Below, piece after piece: positions 60,556 through 64,000 of a stretch of 64,000 nt of DNA. Each line of letters starts with the position of its first letter. The stretch's first letter is position 1. The notes below the pieces were generated by a model, which saw only the letters and a program-made list of their open reading frames with translations, searched no databases and had not been told where the DNA came from. Source of the DNA: Acidobacteriota bacterium (GTDB taxonomy: Bacteria; Acidobacteriota; UBA890; WLXD01); NCBI GenBank assembly GCA_965248695.1, contig CBDFKD010000002.1, forward strand, positions 4,416,001 through 4,480,000, written 5' to 3'. The position numbers were made by a program, and so were the translations under genes.

Positions 60556-62672
60556 GATCCGGACCCCTCGGCTGGGACGCTTTCGTTGAACAGCGGCCGT
60601 CCGTCCATGTACTTGGGGGTCGGGACGCCGAATTGCTGCAGTGCCGTAGGGGCAATGTCGATCAGCGACGGATCGTCCACGTCGATATCGCGATTGCAGA
60701 ACAACACGCCGGGGACCAGCCTCGGGTCGACGCAATGGTCGCCGCTCCAGGCCTTGACGTTGTCCTCGAACTGCGGCGCGTCGACCACACCGGTGGCACA
60801 GTCCCAAGACGTCCGATAGCCGCGGTTGTAGCCGATGACGAACTCGGGGGCGTTCTCGAGATAGGGGCCTTGATACAGCTTGGCAGTATCGAACGCCTGC
60901 ACGATGGCGATCTCGTCACGCTCCTCGTCGCGTAGTCCTCGAAGCTTGGCGCCAATCTCCGTCTTCAGCTCTTCGACGTCGGCGCGCTCGACGATGCCCT
61001 GCGATTCGCGTCCCTTGATGTTGAAGAACATCCCGGACAATCCGAGACAGTAGGCACGGGTGCGTGACCAGTCGACATCGCGAAGCCATTCGGCGGTACC
61101 GTCGGCGCCCTCTTTGAGAGCAAGGTACCCGTTGTCCATCAGCCAGCGGTTGAGGTTCACACCGCGGCGGAACGAGGTGAAGCCGTGGTCCGAAAGGACC
61201 ATCAGCAAGTCGTCCTCGGTGATCTTCTCCAGTACCTCTCCGACGAGCGCGTCGTTGCGCACGTAGAGCTCCTCGATGGTGTCGCGACAGTCGCTCTCGC
61301 TACCGTCGTCGGCAGGATGCCCCTTTTCGATATAGCGCCAGAACATGTGCTGGATGCGGTCGGTGGCGTCGAACACGCATACCAGGCAACCGCGTCGGAG
61401 ACGCTCCAGAGCCGAGAAGAACATGTCCTTGCGCTCGACATCGATGTCGAAGGTCAGCTGCTTGAAGTGATGATCGTCGATCACCTTCTCGTTCAGCGCC
61501 CAGGTGTCCTCGGCGAGCCCCAGCGTCGAGTACTTGCCCTGCATCTTTGACAGATACACGGCGTAATAATCCGGGTGGGAGATCGGCATTGCCGGGCGTT
61601 CGGGATCGAGAGCGATTGGCGTCATGTACATGGAAAAGTCGCCGTTCATCTCGGTCATCATGACGCGCGCGATGCCGCGCACCTTGACCCCGGGGGCGGC
61701 GGGGAACGTCAGCGACACCCAGTCGGAAATCTCTCCGATGGTCAGGTCGACGCTTTCGGTGCCGAAGGCGACCCGTGCCCGGTTCTCGGTGCGGTCGAGC
61801 TCGGCGATGATCGGCATCTCCAGCGGTGGGCTGTCTTTGCGGAGTATGTTCTCGGGGCCCCGCAGCGTGCCGGTGACTCGATCGCCATCCATGGTGACGG
61901 GAACTCGAAGTCCGCCCTCCTTGAACTTGCTGCTTTCCGGCCGCGTCGTGAAAAGCAAGAAGGTGCCTTGGGTGCCGAGCAGGTCCGGGACGCACATCGC
62001 CGACAGCTGGGCGCCGTAGAAACGGTCTGGCGGAAAGGTGATCGGCACGCGCAGGACGGTGCTCCAGATGTTGTGTTCGCCGAGCACGCTCCAGAACGGC
62101 TTGGACTTTCGCAACAGTCGCAGTTCGGGCTTCTCGAGCGGGATGCGGAACGGACCCAGGCTCAGGAAACGATCTACGGAGCCGATCTTGGTCGACGAAA
62201 GCACCGGCAGGTAGGTTCGGCGGTCCCGATCCAGGAAGTCATAGATGTTGTGGCGCGCCGGGTGGGAGCCGGTGGAGAACGACGACCAGGCAACGGGAGA
62301 GATCGACGGGAACGTCGTCTGGAGCGGCTTGTAGCAGCCCATGTCGGCGAGCTTCTTGAAGTTCGGCAGCTTGCCTTCGGCCATGAAACGGTCTGTGAGC
62401 TCGGGATCCTGTCCGTCGAATCCGACGACGATGAACCGCCGAATCTTCGGTGCCACTTTGGTGCGGCGGGTGACCGCGCGCCACAGCGTGCGGAATGGCC
62501 AGATCAGCAGCGACGCGAACACCGCCAGGATGGTGGTGAACAGCACCAGAAAACTGCTGATGAACGCGAATCCGGCGCCAGGACCGACGTAGGCGTGGGC
62601 AGTCAGTGGGATCAGGAAGACCATCAGTGTGGTCAGGATGAGGCACGATGCGAGCCGCAAGCGCACGTTCAC
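60552..62672 (-). CDS. AlkP-superfamily (NPP/COG3379-like) enzyme, membrane-anchored
   Basis: Signal peptide, 'AYVGPGAG', TM helix, basic stretch; 'GFDG', 'SISPVAWSSFSTG', 'DRIQH', 'SDHGF', 'WSGDH'. Confidence 0.9.
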   Translation of the reverse strand: MNVRLRLASCLILTTLMVFLIPLTAHAYVGPGAGFAFISSFLVLFTTILAVFASLLIWPFRTLWRAVTRRTKVAPKIRRFIVVGFDGQDPELTDRFMAEGKLPNFKKLADMGCYKPLQTTFPSISPVAWSSFSTGSHPARHNIYDFLDRDRRTYLPVLSSTKIGSVDRFLSLGPFRIPLEKPELRLLRKSKPFWSVLGEHNIWSTVLRVPITFPPDRFYGAQLSAMCVPDLLGTQGTFLLFTTRPESSKFKEGGLRVPVTMDGDRVTGTLRGPENILRKDSPPLEMPIIAELDRTENRARVAFGTESVDLTIGEISDWVSLTFPAAPGVKVRGIARVMMTEMNGDFSMYMTPIALDPERPAMPISHPDYYAVYLSKMQGKYSTLGLAEDTWALNEKVIDDHHFKQLTFDIDVERKDMFFSALERLRRGCLVCVFDATDRIQHMFWRYIEKGHPADDGSESDCRDTIEELYVRNDALVGEVLEKITEDDLLMVLSDHGFTSFRRGVNLNRWLMDNGYLALKEGADGTAEWLRDVDWSRTRAYCLGLSGMFFNIKGRESQGIVERADVEELKTEIGAKLRGLRDEERDEIAIVQAFDTAKLYQGPYLENAPEFVIGYNRGYRTSWDCATGVVDAPQFEDNVKAWSGDHCVDPRLVPGVLFCNRDIDVDDPSLIDIAPTALQQFGVPTPKYMDGRPLFNESVPAEGSGS

Positions 62673-63961
62673 TGGTCGTACTCCCGCTCCAGGTGGGCGG
62701 CGATATCCCCGATCCACAGGTCACCCTCGATGGGTCGAGGCGTCAACAGAAAGGCGTCGTCGTACGTGTGCATCCCCACGAGGTCGCTGCGTCCGAACAC
62801 CTCACCCGCCGCCGGAGACGCCTTGAGATCGAATCCGGGGAAAGCAAGGGCGACAAGGTCGGGACCGCCCGCTCTGCAGGGCCCCCGTTCGTAGACGTCC
62901 GCGGTGTCGAAAACGTCGCGGACGACCCGGTGCCCATCATACCGCAGCTGTTTGAGCGCGTCGGCGATCTCGGCTTTCAGCGCCGGCGCTTGCTCATCGC
63001 TGACGCTGCCGCGTCCGAACCGTGCAGTCCGATTCAGATAGATGCGGCTGGGATCGAGCGCGAAAGCTCGGCTGGTAGGCTCGATCGAGGTCAGGTCAGT
63101 GGGCGAATCTGCCGTCAGCGACAGATAACCGAGCTGTTTCAATGCGGCGTTCAGCTGCACTTCCTGACGGATGGCGCAGAAGCCGTGGTCCGACAGCATC
63201 CAGAAACGCGCCGCCGGCTCGGACTCCTCGGCAGCGAACCGGTCCCAGATGTCGCCGACGAACGTATCAACGGCGCGGTGGTAGTCGAGCGCCTGTGCAT
63301 GTCGCGGATGGTCGCTGTTCTGCAGCGCGTCCCAGAGATAGTGGTAGAGCCGATCGGTTCCGGTGACCACCACTTGAAGAAAACCCCAGTCGACCTCGTC
63401 CCACAGGCGCATGACGGCTTCGCGCCTTGTCTGCAGCGTCTGCCTGAGGTCCCGCATTAGCCAGTCGTGGTCCTTGCGGCTTCTCGCGGTATCGATATCG
63501 ATGCGGTAGTTCATGCGGCGCAAAGGACCCAGCCATCGCAACGGCTTGACGGAGCGGCTCAGGTCCACAGCGACGAAGCCAGAGACCATCACCCCTGGAA
63601 TCGCGCGCGCCGGGTAGGTCGCGGGTTGATTGAGGACGACAGAGGTGACGCCACGGCTGCCGAGCCGGTCCCATAGCGTCGGCACGCGAACGTCCGCAAA
63701 GCTGGGGAAGGTCAGGCGATAGGTCTGCGGCTCGATGTCCGTGAACCCGAAAATCCCGTGCGTACCTGGATCCACACCGGTCATGAAGCTCGACCAGCTC
63801 ACCGACGAGATTTCCGGCAACGAGGCCTTCATCGAGCGTAGGTGACCTTCGGCGATGCGCTCCGCCACGCGCGGCATGACGCCCTCGTGGGCCAGTCGGC
63901 GCAGCAGCTCCTCCGGGACTCCGTCGAGGCCGATCAAACAGAGCCGCTTATGTTCCGACAT
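62669..63961 (-). CDS. AlkP-superfamily (NPP/COG3379-like) enzyme, cytoplasmic
   Basis: No signal peptide; 'IGLDG', 'EISSVSWSSFMTG', 'DRLYH', 'SDHGF', 'GMH'. Confidence 0.9.
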   Translation of the reverse strand: MSEHKRLCLIGLDGVPEELLRRLAHEGVMPRVAERIAEGHLRSMKASLPEISSVSWSSFMTGVDPGTHGIFGFTDIEPQTYRLTFPSFADVRVPTLWDRLGSRGVTSVVLNQPATYPARAIPGVMVSGFVAVDLSRSVKPLRWLGPLRRMNYRIDIDTARSRKDHDWLMRDLRQTLQTRREAVMRLWDEVDWGFLQVVVTGTDRLYHYLWDALQNSDHPRHAQALDYHRAVDTFVGDIWDRFAAEESEPAARFWMLSDHGFCAIRQEVQLNAALKQLGYLSLTADSPTDLTSIEPTSRAFALDPSRIYLNRTARFGRGSVSDEQAPALKAEIADALKQLRYDGHRVVRDVFDTADVYERGPCRAGGPDLVALAFPGFDLKASPAAGEVFGRSDLVGMHTYDDAFLLTPRPIEGDLWIGDIAAHLEREYDQ

Positions 63962-63980
63962 TGGCGCCCCTTACGCTGGA

Positions 63981-64000
63981 TCAGAGATAGCCGAGTGACT
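63981..64000 (-). CDS. 3' end of an upstream gene ending '...SLGYL*' (partial)
   Basis: Minus strand reads (n)AG TCA CTC GGC TAT CTC TGA, 19 nt before the next start codon. Confidence 0.5.

Overview
GC-rich bacterial chromosomal window, most likely Acidobacteriota (ADOP permease with its acidobacterial PadR, and an acidobacterial-type kinase remnant). Core genes include argR, comM, mltD, recA, tRNA-Phe(GAA), an agmatinase/GbuA-type ureohydrolase with a class III aminotransferase, and glpK-glpD. Accessory content: a sigma-54 module driving a PilZ gene that has an in-frame amber codon; a two-gene microcompartment satellite (BMC-H plus aldehyde dehydrogenase) fused to mltD; debris and secreted-protein genes after tRNA-Phe; a TonB receptor-YfiR-hybrid kinase-RR-PP2C operon; a zincin/lipoprotein pair; a MITE; and an IS256 that truncates a tyrosine integrase. 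The best candidate for an undescribed system is the right-end operon (57453-64000, minus strand). It holds three AlkP-superfamily (COG3379-like) paralogues with three different predicted locations, an Oxa1/EMC3/DUF106-like membrane protein, and a small RHH-like protein. That small protein carries a free-standing 'LxxLGY' tail, which the three enzymes lack but two neighbouring genes have. All family assignments come from motif recognition by eye; no searches were run.
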